64,000 bases of DNA from Tetramitus jugosus (lineage: Eukaryota > Protista > Heterolobosea): positions 124,001 to 188,000 of the forward strand of contig OW569381.1 in assembly GCA_937625935.1 (NCBI GenBank), in the 5' to 3' direction. Position 1 is the stretch's first letter. The number at the start of each line of letters is the position of its first letter. Positions 31,211 through 43,722 of the stretch are shown here, in pieces. Under the pieces are notes generated by a model that saw nothing but the letters and a program-made list of their open reading frames with translations, had not been told where the DNA came from and did not search any database. Both the position numbers and the translations under genes were made by a program.

Positions 31211-33097
31211 ATGATGCTGCCCACTTTTCAACACTTGAGGAAAGAATTTAGCCTTGATCGGTGTGGCTCTCGAGGTGTGTCCGCCGAAGACAAGTTTCGT
31301 ACGCTTCTGACGAGCCAAGAACCTTTCTTCTTTGGCTCTCTGGTTCTTCTTCCAGATGACAATTCCCAATTGACCAAGGAACCAGTGCTCCACTTTACAG
31401 ATGAAGAGAATTCATTAGATGAAAATTACTCTGAGTGGTTGAAGAACCTTGATAACAAAATTGAAACATTCTCTGGACAGAAGAAGAAGCAATCTTGTGA
31501 GTCAATAACGAGGAAAGTGAAACGAATCCGATACAGTTTTGATAGTAGGATGGATCAGGTTCCCAACGAACAACTCCATTCGTTGCTGGAGTGTCCGAAT
31601 GAGATCTTCTTATCTATCTGTGCGTATCTTACCGTACCTGATCTGTCATCCTTGGCTTCTGCAAGTCAACTCATGTACAAAAAGGTAAATGCGGATCAGA
31701 GCCGGATATGGAAGATGTTGTTTGACAATTATGCAGGAAAACTTGTTCCTGGATTGTCTTGGCATAAGATCAATCCATATTGGGATGACTACTCCCCAGA
31801 GCAATGCTATCGACACTTGATCAATTCGAGAGTGATTCATCTCAATTCATTGGACAATATTCGAGTCGAAGAGACATTGCAAGAGATCAGACAGGAAACC
31901 TCTTCATCTCTGAAGTTTCTGTACTTTTTCTATGAAAGACTGAGAAGAGAAAGACCGAAGGGTGACAAACATGCCATCAAGTTTAAAAAACATCATGTGC
32001 ATTGTTTGGAAAGTAATGAATCCATTCAAGACTTCTATGGTAAAATGATAGTGAAGCAAGTAAGAGCTCCTCCAACTCGCGACCGTAGATCTAGGAACAG
32101 CTATGATATGTCACAATTGATACCATTCATCGAACAAATGATAGAGTTGATGGACAAAGTGGACGGATATAGCGAGTGGGTCATAAAACGTGCTATCCTG
32201 TTTTACAGTCTCTTTTCGATCTCAACAACTGAAGCCAAGGAGAAGTTGGTGCCTAGAGAGGATATTCTAATTGCTTTTTATCTGATTGGAGATTCACTTC
32301 CTATCCAAGTACGTGATGAAGGATTTCATCTCGGGATACTGCTGCACAAGTACTTCAACCACATGGAGAGTGATAGACTGCTGACGAAAGAACTGTGGCA
32401 AAGGTACTATGGAATGGACTATGATTCGATGGAAGTAACTCCCATCAAACAAATCAAGTATGATGACAATTTTGGTCCCGCTGTATCCTTTCTCACCTTG
32501 TGGAATCGTGTTGCTGATGATTTACCTTTTATGGTACCGATGCTCCGACACTTGCGAATATCCTTTCAGATAATGCCTAGATATGAACTTAATCCCTCGG
32601 TACCTCATAGTCCATCATCTGTACTGTCTGAAGTCGCCAACAATGTTTACAGACATATTCACTCGTCTGAAGTACGTGAGACGATATCAGACAGTGTGTT
32701 TCGATCGCTGTTCACTCCCCTTCGCAGGGCAGATAGATTTACGATTGCAATCTACTCTGACAATGAGGTGTACGCGCATTCTAACCAGCAAAACACACGA
32801 GTGTACTTGAGGGATGAACGAGACGCTGATGCACGCAACAGTTGTTGGCGAATGAATCATTATGGCCAAATAGAAACAATCAACAACCCGAATTTTGTTC
32901 TCGTGTTCACTGAGATGCTTCACTTGGAACTGCAAATGAAGGTTGACTGTTCATTCGCTGACCCAGGATATCTGAATCAATTATGGATCACTTCACAGGA
33001 ACCAGAAACGGGCATCACAACTATTAGTCCCCTCGCAAGTTGCCACCTATGCAGCATACCTTTTCGTTTGCGACACATGCTCACTAAAGAAAATTGA
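31211..33097 (+). CDS. F-box protein with unrecognised C-terminal region
   Basis: F-box LLECPNEIFLSICAYLTVPDLSSLASASQLM..IWK; long ORF. Confidence 0.75.
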   Translation: MMLPTFQHLRKEFSLDRCGSRGVSAEDKFRTLLTSQEPFFFGSLVLLPDDNSQLTKEPVLHFTDEENSLDENYSEWLKNLDNKIETFSGQKKKQSCESITRKVKRIRYSFDSRMDQVPNEQLHSLLECPNEIFLSICAYLTVPDLSSLASASQLMYKKVNADQSRIWKMLFDNYAGKLVPGLSWHKINPYWDDYSPEQCYRHLINSRVIHLNSLDNIRVEETLQEIRQETSSSLKFLYFFYERLRRERPKGDKHAIKFKKHHVHCLESNESIQDFYGKMIVKQVRAPPTRDRRSRNSYDMSQLIPFIEQMIELMDKVDGYSEWVIKRAILFYSLFSISTTEAKEKLVPREDILIAFYLIGDSLPIQVRDEGFHLGILLHKYFNHMESDRLLTKELWQRYYGMDYDSMEVTPIKQIKYDDNFGPAVSFLTLWNRVADDLPFMVPMLRHLRISFQIMPRYELNPSVPHSPSSVLSEVANNVYRHIHSSEVRETISDSVFRSLFTPLRRADRFTIAIYSDNEVYAHSNQQNTRVYLRDERDADARNSCWRMNHYGQIETINNPNFVLVFTEMLHLELQMKVDCSFADPGYLNQLWITSQEPETGITTISPLASCHLCSIPFRLRHMLTKEN

Positions 33098-33181
33098 AAC
33101 ATCTCTTGTAAATAAAAATTGTATTCGCAGGAGGTTGACCTCCACTTCAAAAAAAACTGCAAAAATGTCACCGTCCTGCAC

Positions 33182-34867
33182 CTAGGGCATTTGTTTTGCA
33201 AACTTCATGCTCAAGGATAAATCTGAACCAATCATCAAGTATCGACTCATATTTTGTTTCAACATTTGACAAATGGCAAGCAAGTCTCCATTCAACTCTG
33301 ATGACGACGGTGGTACACTCTCACTCAAGCGCTTCAGTCTCTGATCCACACGATTCATCTCTGACCGTAACCTTTTGAGAAGAGCTTCGATACTTGACTG
33401 TGTTGTGCTGACCAATAAGCTTAAACAACATTCGGAACGCACAAACTTGAACAGCTTTGCACATTCAGAGTCCACTTCCGACAACCTTGCATACACTCTG
33501 TCGTTTCTACTTGTAAATTCGCTAAAAACACTCTGAGGAGTCGATCCATTGAATTCTTGATGGTTTCCCGCAGAACGACGCAACAATGAACTCGATGGCG
33601 AAAGCAATTTTGCATTTCTATTGTTATTGTTTTGACTACCAGTATTCATATGAAATAGCTCCAACAGTTTGAGCTCCACTTGTTCCAGCATGGCCGACAA
33701 GAGTTTCCTTGCCGTGTTTGAACGTTCCTGATGGAAGAGAGTATTGATTGTGGGATGAACTGTTGTTGCCGCTCTTCTCAAACACTGAACATCTCCAAAA
33801 AAGTTGTCATGAAACAATTCTTCCATTGATTTCTTGGATGATCGATATTGGCAACGAGAGACTCTCTCTGCTGTCGTTTTGGAACGAAAAGACGATGAGA
33901 GACAAGGTCGTTTCAACGCACCAGGATCATCAAACGCGCCCACTTGCATTTTTAATCCGTTCAAAAAAGTTCTCCACCTCTGTTGCAACATTAGACTTGT
34001 TTGTAAATCAATTTCTGCTTGGTTCTGAGTCGTAAACAAATGATTCAATCCTCTGCCAGTGGTGCCAGTTTGATGATCATGGTTATCACTCATCTGTTCA
34101 CTATCACTATCATCTGAATCCTCTCCTGAAGATGACTCTTCCTTATCCGTCTCTATAAAATACTCGACATCAGTCGTTTCTAGTCCATTGCTGCTATACA
34201 CTCGAATATTCAATCGATTTCCACTTTCATTGTCACTGTCACTGTCACTGTCACTACTACTACTGTCATCATCATCATCATCATTTCCACCACTACCAGC
34301 ATTCAATGCATTTCGAATCGTGGCCAAAAAAGGATCATCATCATCACTACCATTTCGCCTATTATTATTATTATTAGTAAACATCATTTCATCATCATCA
34401 TCATCCTCTTCTTCTTCTTCATCGTCATCATCATCATTCGAACGATCCAAAACAATGTGAATATCTGCTTCTTCATCATCTTCATCATCATCGTCATCAT
34501 CTTCATTGTTATTGTTGTTATTCATAGTAGGATAACGCATATACAATTGATTCAAATACGTTTGATGTTGTTGTTGTTGTTCTTGTTGTTGTTCTTGTCG
34601 TGATAATTGACGATGAGATGTTGTTGTTGTTGTTGTTGAGTTTCTTGTTGATATGAGTGGTGGTGCTGCTTGTGCTTGTGGTGGTGCTACTTGTTGTCTT
34701 CGATTGACATGAGCTGAAATTTGTTGTTGGATCATGTTGAAATAATCAATAAAATCAAAATTGGCTGGTGCAGGTGATGATGATGATGAATGATTGTGAT
34801 TACCACTTCTTCGAAGAGGTGTGGTATTGTTATTGTTGTTGTTGTTGAATGGTGGAGGCGTGCTCAT
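33182..34867 (-). CDS. Hypothetical low-complexity (N/Q/D/S-rich) protein with C-terminal coiled coil
   Basis: 561-aa ATG ORF with homopolymer tracts typical of genes in this window. Confidence 0.65.
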   Translation of the reverse strand: MSTPPPFNNNNNNNTTPLRRSGNHNHSSSSSPAPANFDFIDYFNMIQQQISAHVNRRQQVAPPQAQAAPPLISTRNSTTTTTTSHRQLSRQEQQQEQQQQHQTYLNQLYMRYPTMNNNNNNEDDDDDDEDDEEADIHIVLDRSNDDDDDEEEEEDDDDDEMMFTNNNNNRRNGSDDDDPFLATIRNALNAGSGGNDDDDDDSSSSDSDSDSDNESGNRLNIRVYSSNGLETTDVEYFIETDKEESSSGEDSDDSDSEQMSDNHDHQTGTTGRGLNHLFTTQNQAEIDLQTSLMLQQRWRTFLNGLKMQVGAFDDPGALKRPCLSSSFRSKTTAERVSRCQYRSSKKSMEELFHDNFFGDVQCLRRAATTVHPTINTLFHQERSNTARKLLSAMLEQVELKLLELFHMNTGSQNNNNRNAKLLSPSSSLLRRSAGNHQEFNGSTPQSVFSEFTSRNDRVYARLSEVDSECAKLFKFVRSECCLSLLVSTTQSSIEALLKRLRSEMNRVDQRLKRLSESVPPSSSELNGDLLAICQMLKQNMSRYLMIGSDLSLSMKFAKQMP

Positions 34868-35256
34868 ATTTGCTAAGTGGGATGTTTTTTTTTGTTGTTG
34901 TTGTTGTTGTAGTTCTCTCTCTCAATTGATGAAGATCAGCGAAATTTTTGGGAGGAGAAAACAAAAAAAGTGGATCTGTGGATCTGATCAAGCAGTGTTG
35001 TCGTCGCTTTTCAACTTTGAAATTTGTTGTGGTTGATGTTGTTTGTGGTTGTTGTTCGTTGGATAACGCACGAAAAAAACATTTTGGCGCGTACGTTCAT
35101 CTATGATGGGACAAACGCTTTTTGTTCGTGCCCTGATTTGAATGTTCAATGCGTTTTCTGAACCAGATCGGAATAATTTTTGATAAAACACCGAGATTTC
35201 ATTTGTTGGTAATTTTGCGACTGACTGAAAAAACCTGGAAAGATCAACAAAAAGAA

Positions 35257-36771
35257 ATGTCCACTACGACGACGCGCCAAAAAGCTTCAACACCCAGAAA
35301 GAAACAACACTTTACAGTGTTTGTCTTGGGTGAGATTGGAAGATCGCCTCGTATGCAATATCATGCCCTATCGTTAGCTAACATGAACAAGAACAAAAAT
35401 GATCCAACTACTACGACAACAGTTGATCTCGTTGGTTTCAATGGCCCACCTCCTCATCAAGCCATTCTCTCCCAGCCTAATATCCATGTCTCTGGTATGG
35501 ATACTTATTGGTACAATTGGACGCAACCTCTGATGCGGAAACATTTTTTACTCTTCTTGGTGTTTGCTCCTGTTAAGCTCTTGATCCAATGGATGTGCAT
35601 TCTGGGTCATTTACTGTTTTGTATGAGCTCAGCTAGTGCTGTTGCTGAAGAGAATGTAGTGTTGGTGCAGAACCCTCCTGCGATACCAACTCTTGTGCTC
35701 ATTCCATTTTATTTGTTGATTCTACGGTTGTTCAGCTTTTTGACATTCCAACGAAACAAAAAGTATCGATTGGTAGTCGATTGGCACAATTATGCACACA
35801 CATTGATGGTCAATGTGAGTGGTGCAGATCAAGGCAGTGGTAATGGTGAAGCTCCTCCGAGACGTCTAGGCTTTCTCAAGAAGTGTGTACTGTCTGTAGC
35901 CACATTTTTAGAGGTCAAGTGTGCAAAATGGTTTGCCGATGCACACTTGTGTGTTTCTCAGGCGATGCAAAAAGATTTGAAGGAACGATTTCAGATTGAT
36001 GCCACTGTGCATTACGATCGACCTCCACAATCTGTTTTTAAGCGCCAACAGTTAACACTGGATGAGCAGCATGAACTGTATGGAAGAGTATTTGGTTACT
36101 GTGATGCTGTGGACGGTGATGATATGGAGGAGACTTTGTTCACATTGCGCAACAAGTCGACTGGTCATGCCGTGTTGAAGGACGATAGTCCAGCACTAGT
36201 TGTGAGTAGCACGAGTTGGACTCCCGACGAAGATTTTTCAATCCTGTTAAAGGCAGTCGAGTTGTACGATCAGAAGCAAACTGAGAAGAAACACAAGTGT
36301 CTTCAGTTGATTATTACTGGAAGTGGTCCATTGAAAGCCTATTATCAAGCAAAGATTCGCGAAATGGATTTGAAGTACTGCACAATTGATACCAAGTGGC
36401 TCGAAGCTGAAGATTATCCAAAATTGCTGTCGTGTTGTGATTTGGGTGTATGTTTACATTATTCGAGCTCAGGTGTCGATCTACCAATGAAAGTTGTTGA
36501 CATGTTTGGCAGTGGTGTGCCAGTTTGTGCCATCAACTTTGAAGCATTACCAGAGTTGGTGCAGGATAAGAAGAATGGATACATCTTCTCAGGTAGTCAA
36601 CAGCTGGCAGATCAATTGTACGAGTTGTTTGTTGAGGACAAAGGAAACACTAAGTTGAAGAATATGAAAGCTAACATCCTGGAACACTTCCACAAGCGAG
36701 ACTGGGACATTGAATGGAACGAGAAGGTGAGACCAATCATGGCTCAACAAGATCCACACAAAGAACAATAA
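35257..36771 (+). CDS. ALG1: Chitobiosyldiphosphodolichol beta-mannosyltransferase
   Basis: VLGEIGRSPRMQYHALSL, QNPPAIP, DWHNY, YDRPP, SSTSWTPDEDF, LGVCLHYSSSGVDLPMKVVDMFG. Confidence 0.97.
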   Translation: MSTTTTRQKASTPRKKQHFTVFVLGEIGRSPRMQYHALSLANMNKNKNDPTTTTTVDLVGFNGPPPHQAILSQPNIHVSGMDTYWYNWTQPLMRKHFLLFLVFAPVKLLIQWMCILGHLLFCMSSASAVAEENVVLVQNPPAIPTLVLIPFYLLILRLFSFLTFQRNKKYRLVVDWHNYAHTLMVNVSGADQGSGNGEAPPRRLGFLKKCVLSVATFLEVKCAKWFADAHLCVSQAMQKDLKERFQIDATVHYDRPPQSVFKRQQLTLDEQHELYGRVFGYCDAVDGDDMEETLFTLRNKSTGHAVLKDDSPALVVSSTSWTPDEDFSILLKAVELYDQKQTEKKHKCLQLIITGSGPLKAYYQAKIREMDLKYCTIDTKWLEAEDYPKLLSCCDLGVCLHYSSSGVDLPMKVVDMFGSGVPVCAINFEALPELVQDKKNGYIFSGSQQLADQLYELFVEDKGNTKLKNMKANILEHFHKRDWDIEWNEKVRPIMAQQDPHKEQ

Positions 36772-36817
36772 CAACAAGTAAATGCTACGTGTAACAATAT
36801 TTTAATGATACAATTGG

Positions 36818-37996
36818 TTAATCATATGCTGCATCGAAATCTCCTGAATCAGCAAAGCCGTCAGTCAACGAAGAAGCATCAATAGGCGAAAAGATTTGTT
36901 CCAAATTTTGAAGGGTTAACCGGAGGCACAACTGTTCCACCTTGGAACAACTCTGTTGCATGACACGGATTTTGTTGCTCATGTCCTTTCTAATCGATGG
37001 ACACTTATACTCGTAGTGCTTTAGTGCCAAAAAGTGAGCCAACATTGTTTGCATGAAATCCTTGAGTTCAAATGCCACAGTTCGATTGCCTGTGGACTGA
37101 GAATTCGTAGCAAATCGCATCAACTCACCAGTCAAATCAGAAATACCCAAAATATAGTCACTCGTCGACAATGGGAATCGAATGTGATCCACCTTTGTTC
37201 CATTCACCAGTTCAACATCATAGAATTGCAAGAATTCTTCTTCAATTTCTTCCTTTGATACCAATCGATTCTCTGCCAAATACTTGTAAAGAGACACTCC
37301 TTCAATAAATTCCTGCAAACCAAATGAATACTGATACGCATACTTGTAATAAAATTCATCCAAATCAACATAAAGTTCCTGAATAATCGGCAAGAAATAA
37401 TCATTCACAACGGCAACAATCGCCTCCTGTGCCTGCTGCAAAATGGCCGCTCTTTTCTCCGATGACAATTTCTCCGATGACTGTTCCTCCTTCTTCTCTT
37501 CAACTTCCATTGGCTCTCCTCCTTCATTCTCCACTCCTTCACGATTCTCCGCCAATTGTTTCTCCGACACCAAAAACTGATTATGTTTCTCAATTGCTTC
37601 AGTCGTTGTTCCAGCCTGTTGAAGTCTCAACAACAAAAACACAACTTTTTTGCTCTCTGCAGTCACATCACGACTCGCCTTATAAATACGTTCTTTTCTC
37701 TCATGACCCTCATCCAACAATTTTGCATAATTTGCAAATGTTTTTTGAAGTTCAGTCTGAGGTTCCATTTGTTGTTGCTGTTGAGCATGGTAGCCACCTC
37801 TTCCACCACCACCTCCTCCTCTGCCTCTTCCACCTCTACCACCACCTCTTGTTGGACCACCTGAACCACTACGAAAACGTTTTTGTTGAGTGTCGTCGGT
37901 AGAGCTACTATCCATGTTGGTTGATTCTTGATTTGTGGACATTCTGTGAAATGGTCTTTTTTGGGTGTAGTTGTGTTGTCGTTGTTGTTGATCCAT
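36818..37996 (-). CDS. TSNAX: Translin-associated factor X (TRAX) with RGG-rich N-terminus
   Basis: KERIYKASRDVTAESKKVVF, YSFGLQEFIEG, DYILGISDLTGELMR, SCSKVE (the catalytic acidic residues of TRAX). Confidence 0.9.
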   Translation of the reverse strand: MDQQQRQHNYTQKRPFHRMSTNQESTNMDSSSTDDTQQKRFRSGSGGPTRGGGRGGRGRGGGGGGRGGYHAQQQQQMEPQTELQKTFANYAKLLDEGHERKERIYKASRDVTAESKKVVFLLLRLQQAGTTTEAIEKHNQFLVSEKQLAENREGVENEGGEPMEVEEKKEEQSSEKLSSEKRAAILQQAQEAIVAVVNDYFLPIIQELYVDLDEFYYKYAYQYSFGLQEFIEGVSLYKYLAENRLVSKEEIEEEFLQFYDVELVNGTKVDHIRFPLSTSDYILGISDLTGELMRFATNSQSTGNRTVAFELKDFMQTMLAHFLALKHYEYKCPSIRKDMSNKIRVMQQSCSKVEQLCLRLTLQNLEQIFSPIDASSLTDGFADSGDFDAAYD

Positions 37997-38367
37997 GCTG
38001 AACAAGAAAAAAACTCTGTGATCTGATGATGTGATCGTCAAGCTTTTTTGTGCGCGAAAAAAATTGTACTGCAATTCTGGAAGAGAATTGGCGGGGAAAA
38101 GTAATTGCATCGGTATTCAATGAAACTTGACACTTGGGTTTCAGACGGGCATGAAAGGTAGGTCATTATTTTTGGGTTACAGAGGCAGATAGCTGGCCGT
38201 TGGAAAGAAGATTATGCTATTATTTAAGTTATATTGTCGGATTACAAAGTTAGAATTGAGATGTCCCATCACGCGTGTATCCCTGGGCTTAAAAACACTG
38301 TTTGTGTTATCTTATGTCATGCCTCACAACAGAAAACACCAATCACCAACATTACAATTACTATTAC

Positions 38368-39786
38368 ATGAACAAGATGACCCATCTATTGCTATACTAT
38401 TCAGTTGTCTTGGTCTTGTGTCTGATGACATGCAGCATGGCTGTAGCATTTGTCACCATTAACTCACAATTCTCTGAGAGCATAACAATGATTGCTAATA
38501 GTTCAATCACGACCAAGTATGCTTTCATTCAAACGAATGGCCTCGAATTCGACTTTGACATCATGAAGCCATCAAGAGATTTCACCTACATGATTCACCA
38601 GTACGGCACTGAGAACCCTCTCCCAGAGGCATCTGCACCGGCATCAGTCCCTCTTGCATTCTTCGGAATCGACACAGCTACTTTGACTGCTAAGCCCGAT
38701 TACAACTGTGTATTGAGATATTTTGTTGATCCAACTCAGTTGCCATCAGGTGTCACACTCAATTCCATCAAAATTACTCACTATATGGGTGAAAAGAATG
38801 GGTATAGAATTTTCCTTGATGAGCAACAGTATACTGACAGCATTGCAAACTATGTATCTCAAGGAACAAGCACAGAAACCAAGCTTGGTATTAGTCCTAC
38901 TTTTACTTATATTGGAATCTTTGGGGGTGCAGCAGTAGAGCAACCTCCAATCGATCTAGGGAATAATCAGTTCGATGACGTGTTGCACGTTGAACCGAAT
39001 ACACCTGTTGACTTTGTGTTTGATCTACCAAGCAGACCTAGTGCAACAGCCCAACAAAGACAATTACTTGAGTTGAGCATCGTTGGTGCTACAAAGGCAT
39101 TCAATTTTTCGATGACTTATCTCGGTACCACTAATCCAGCAAGCATTGCTCCTCAGACTCAAGCTCTGTACTTTTTCAGACTGAACATTCTTAGTACTGT
39201 GGCAAGCGGAGAGGATCCTCCTCAGTTTAATGCTGCTGTTCGTTACAAGTATGATACCTATATGATTCCAAACAGTGTTGAGTCAACCATCACATTCTAC
39301 TTGATGAAGCAACTAAATCAATGGACCGATTTCAATATTGATCCAGATAGAAACTTTGCAACAAACTACATTACACAAGGCACCGCAGGAGGAGTTGTGA
39401 ATTCAGATTTATTTGGTGGCCAAGAGTTCGTTCTAGGTTTGTTCTCAGATTATAAATCTGGAAATCCACCTCCTCCACCTGCTTCATCCTCACCTTCATC
39501 TCCACCTCCATCTGGATCGGGATCTACTAACCCAAAGCCATCCTCTTCCTCACCTCCCACCGAGCATTCTGTCTCTGCATCGACATCATCAACAGGACCT
39601 CAGACTTCTCAATCCGCCAAGCCTTCAACCAGTAAGTCGACTAAACCACAAACATCTGGAGGCACAGACGTTCCAAGGGGCTCTGACACGAAAGCAAATA
39701 CTGCCACTGGGTACAACATTCAACTTTGGACAGCAGCTTTGTGTCTCACAGCTACACTTTATGTCTTTATGCTCAATAGGCAATAA
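38368..39786 (+). CDS. Predicted secreted/GPI-anchored surface protein with two tandem domains and a Ser/Pro/Thr stalk
   Basis: N-terminal hydrophobic signal, internal duplication (NYVSQGT / NYITQGT), S/P/T-rich linker, C-terminal hydrophobic tail. Confidence 0.7.
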   Translation: MNKMTHLLLYYSVVLVLCLMTCSMAVAFVTINSQFSESITMIANSSITTKYAFIQTNGLEFDFDIMKPSRDFTYMIHQYGTENPLPEASAPASVPLAFFGIDTATLTAKPDYNCVLRYFVDPTQLPSGVTLNSIKITHYMGEKNGYRIFLDEQQYTDSIANYVSQGTSTETKLGISPTFTYIGIFGGAAVEQPPIDLGNNQFDDVLHVEPNTPVDFVFDLPSRPSATAQQRQLLELSIVGATKAFNFSMTYLGTTNPASIAPQTQALYFFRLNILSTVASGEDPPQFNAAVRYKYDTYMIPNSVESTITFYLMKQLNQWTDFNIDPDRNFATNYITQGTAGGVVNSDLFGGQEFVLGLFSDYKSGNPPPPPASSSPSSPPPSGSGSTNPKPSSSSPPTEHSVSASTSSTGPQTSQSAKPSTSKSTKPQTSGGTDVPRGSDTKANTATGYNIQLWTAALCLTATLYVFMLNRQ

Positions 39787-39849
39787 AAGAAATGTAATAT
39801 ATGTATAATTATCAACCTCCCTAAATATGAACGTATTCATTCGCATGTT

Positions 39850-41655
39850 TTACCATTGGATAGTCAGAGGATTGATCTGCATTTGCTGTCTCGCATGATA
39901 TTGAGTGTGGAACTTGCTCTTTGCGCTCTCAGAGTATACTCCTCCGTTGATCCAGTCGTCATACAATTGTTTCATAGAAGGCAATGATTGAGTGTTTGCT
40001 TGTTCTGCTGTTGATGACAAAGTATCTCTGTACAGATTCTTCACGGTTTGCAAGTACTCGCGCGGAATAATCGACTCTGGCGCAGGATTTTGTCCACCTC
40101 CATTCACACAACCACTAGGGCATGCCATAACTTCAATAAAGTCATAGTCGCATCTCGATGATTTCAACTTTCGAATAATGTTTTGAATGTTACGGAAACC
40201 GTTGGCAACTGCGAATTTCATCACAGACTTCTTTTGCTTCTGCGCATCTTCAATCTCCAATGTCACTTCCTTAAAGTCACTATTTCTACCCATCTTGTAC
40301 TGAAGAGGCTCATTGTGAGGAATCTCAACATTGAAAAACTTTTTGGCTGCATAGCGGAACAGTACCTCTGTATATCCTCCAGATTCCATGGACTCTAACA
40401 AACCATGACTCAACAAAGCTTCATTTTGAGTGAGAGAAAACAGGGGTGCATCCAATCCTCCATAACTCAAATGACCAACTGTATCAATACCCTCGCTCAT
40501 ACCCTTAAACTCTGCGCCTGAAACGACATTGAACTGCGATTTCAAAATTTGAACAACTTCGGAGCTCGTCAACACAATGTCCACTTCCTTGACGCCATTA
40601 TCGATTGTAAAGTCGTCTCTACTCGCTTCTAATTTCTTATCGAAACATGGCATGATGGACACATGATAAATCTCGCCACTCGATAACAAGTTTTCCTTGT
40701 TGTCTTCTCCTGCCTTTGCACTTGTCTGTTCGTTCAACAATCGACAAAAATATTGCTTGACAATAGATCCCATAATCTGTTGCGGAGATTTTGTCGTGGA
40801 AATATACGGTATAATAAATTCGCCAAATGATTTCTCGGCATAGCAAACAAATCCAGGGCATGCACTTGCAAGCATGGGAATACCTGTTACATCAGATTCA
40901 CTTTCCTTCTTTGCTGATCGTCTCGCCCGTCTATTACCACCCATAGGTATCACAGAAGATGGTTTCTTTATCGATGATGAAGCTTCCTCCTTGGTATCCG
41001 CTGAATCAGTCAAATTCTGAACGAGTCGCTGTTGTGCAATCAATGAAAATTTGCTTGCAAATTCATGACACATTTCCAAATGAGAAAAATGACGACTCCA
41101 CGTCGTATCAAACACCTTTTCAGCACCCATGGAATGAAACATGTGATGCAATCTTCGACTAGCTTCTTCAATCGAACAACCAAAGTGTGCTGCAATCGAT
41201 GCAAGAGACTGCGGAGAAATAGAAACCACAAAAACTTTGAATGGATTCGTGTTAATTTCATCATCATCACTCATCATCATCGCATTCACCTCATTTTCAT
41301 TATTATCATCACTCTTTTCTTCATTATGATAATCTTTCATGACATGACCAAAACAGTCTCTCATGACTCTCAAAAACTCAAAAACACTCTGTTGATTGAC
41401 CAAGACACTCTCTGCACTTGTTACACAACCAGAACAAGCCAAACAATCACTCAAATCAATCTTTGTTTTTTGTAGTTCCTTTCTACTGCCATCAATGTTC
41501 ACTTGATAGAATTGACCAGTGTCATTGTTGACTTCGATGCTTGAAATGTTGACAGAATCGGTTTGGTCGATTTTGACGGGTCGAACGCACGCTTGAGACG
41601 GTGTGATGAAATCGTTGAGATCGGTCAGTTGAAGCGCACCAGAGAATTTTGACAT
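39850..41655 (-). CDS. NAR1: Cytosolic Fe-S assembly factor Nar1/CIAO3 (Fe-hydrogenase-like)
   Basis: FSGALQLTDLNDFITPSQAC, LSDCLACSGCVTSAE, SACPG, MPCFDKKLEASR, EVMACPSGCVNGGGQ, FHTQYH and terminal Trp. Confidence 0.96.
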   Translation of the reverse strand: MSKFSGALQLTDLNDFITPSQACVRPVKIDQTDSVNISSIEVNNDTGQFYQVNIDGSRKELQKTKIDLSDCLACSGCVTSAESVLVNQQSVFEFLRVMRDCFGHVMKDYHNEEKSDDNNENEVNAMMMSDDDEINTNPFKVFVVSISPQSLASIAAHFGCSIEEASRRLHHMFHSMGAEKVFDTTWSRHFSHLEMCHEFASKFSLIAQQRLVQNLTDSADTKEEASSSIKKPSSVIPMGGNRRARRSAKKESESDVTGIPMLASACPGFVCYAEKSFGEFIIPYISTTKSPQQIMGSIVKQYFCRLLNEQTSAKAGEDNKENLLSSGEIYHVSIMPCFDKKLEASRDDFTIDNGVKEVDIVLTSSEVVQILKSQFNVVSGAEFKGMSEGIDTVGHLSYGGLDAPLFSLTQNEALLSHGLLESMESGGYTEVLFRYAAKKFFNVEIPHNEPLQYKMGRNSDFKEVTLEIEDAQKQKKSVMKFAVANGFRNIQNIIRKLKSSRCDYDFIEVMACPSGCVNGGGQNPAPESIIPREYLQTVKNLYRDTLSSTAEQANTQSLPSMKQLYDDWINGGVYSESAKSKFHTQYHARQQMQINPLTIQW

Positions 41656-42697
41656 GATTTTGTTGTTGTTTGCTTGTTTTTTTTGCGATTGTGAATTGCT
41701 TGCTGAAAAGATTGTTTGATCGTCGATTCTTTTCTGGAGCTGCGGACAAATTTGTGCGGAATATTCTGGCGGATACAACAGCCGAGAAGGAGGGACATTG
41801 TCTCTTGTAGCGCTAACGTAGAATCTTACTTACGGGAGATCGAAAGGCAATCCTTAAGTCACTTATGAAGCAAAAGAATGTGTTAGACACTTTTGGATAA
41901 AGAAGCTGCATTGAATTCGTTGATAGATGCCAATATTTTACCCCAAGACATTAGAATATTCAATGAATTTACTAGTTTATTGAGTTAAAATGCCCAATAA
42001 ACTGGTGTTTTGGGATACAAACTACTATCATATACAATCATACCATCTGGTGAACTGCTCTCCTTGCAACCACTCATCCTGAGACTGTGAACGCCAGTTA
42101 AATAAGAAATTCAAGGTATGTGATTTGATTGCAGCCACTCACGTTAAGGGTAAATGCCTCTCAGTATTGGAAATGCTCATCTCTCACAAAATGATTCTCA
42201 TGTAAGTCAACATTGAACAGTGTGCCTCCTCTCAATCGCCACCAGTGTTTAATCTCGAAAATCTCGAAAGTCCTCTAGTATTGTTAACTTTTTCTTTTTG
42301 TTGACCATGAGAGATTGGTTGAATTTGAATTGATTTAGCCCTTTGCAAGTGTAACTCAATCCATTCACGAGTGTCACAAAACTATGACTTTCGACCAATG
42401 TCATTGGTTTTACAATCTCTTCGAATGAAAAAGTCCAATCCACAATGGTCGAGCAAAGAGAGTACAAAGAATTTGAGCCATCCTCTTGCTGATCTTTCTT
42501 GGGTCGGGAATTTTCAACAAACGTTGGACCGGTTGTAAACATCATTTTCCCGCCTTCGGTGCAAGAACAAGACTCAACAACATTGCGAGTGGAGAATTAT
42601 CTTCGATTTGTAAACACAAGAGAAAAGTTCTGAATCTAAACCTCCTTCAGCTATCTATCCATCACTCTCTCCTATCAATTCAAACAACTCAAACTCA

Positions 42698-43569
<872 letters not shown>

Positions 43570-43722
43570 TCCACCTTTATTCTCTCTGAAGGTAAAAACA
43601 ACACGTGTGATCAATTGTTTCTTGCAAGCAAACTTGTACATTTTAGCTCAACCAATAAAAAACCAAAAAACAAGCGTGGGGTCAGAGCACAAAAAACACT
43701 ACCCATCAATCATACGAATCAC

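Noticed and set aside
34188-34860. CAT/TCA/TTG trinucleotide repeats and antisense ORFs
   Set aside because: They encode poly-D/N/Q/S tracts of the minus-strand gene; the antisense ORFs are shadows, as are most short ORFs in the track.
41780-42650. Short ORFs between NAR1 and the Rac gene
   Set aside because: No supportable homology or structure.
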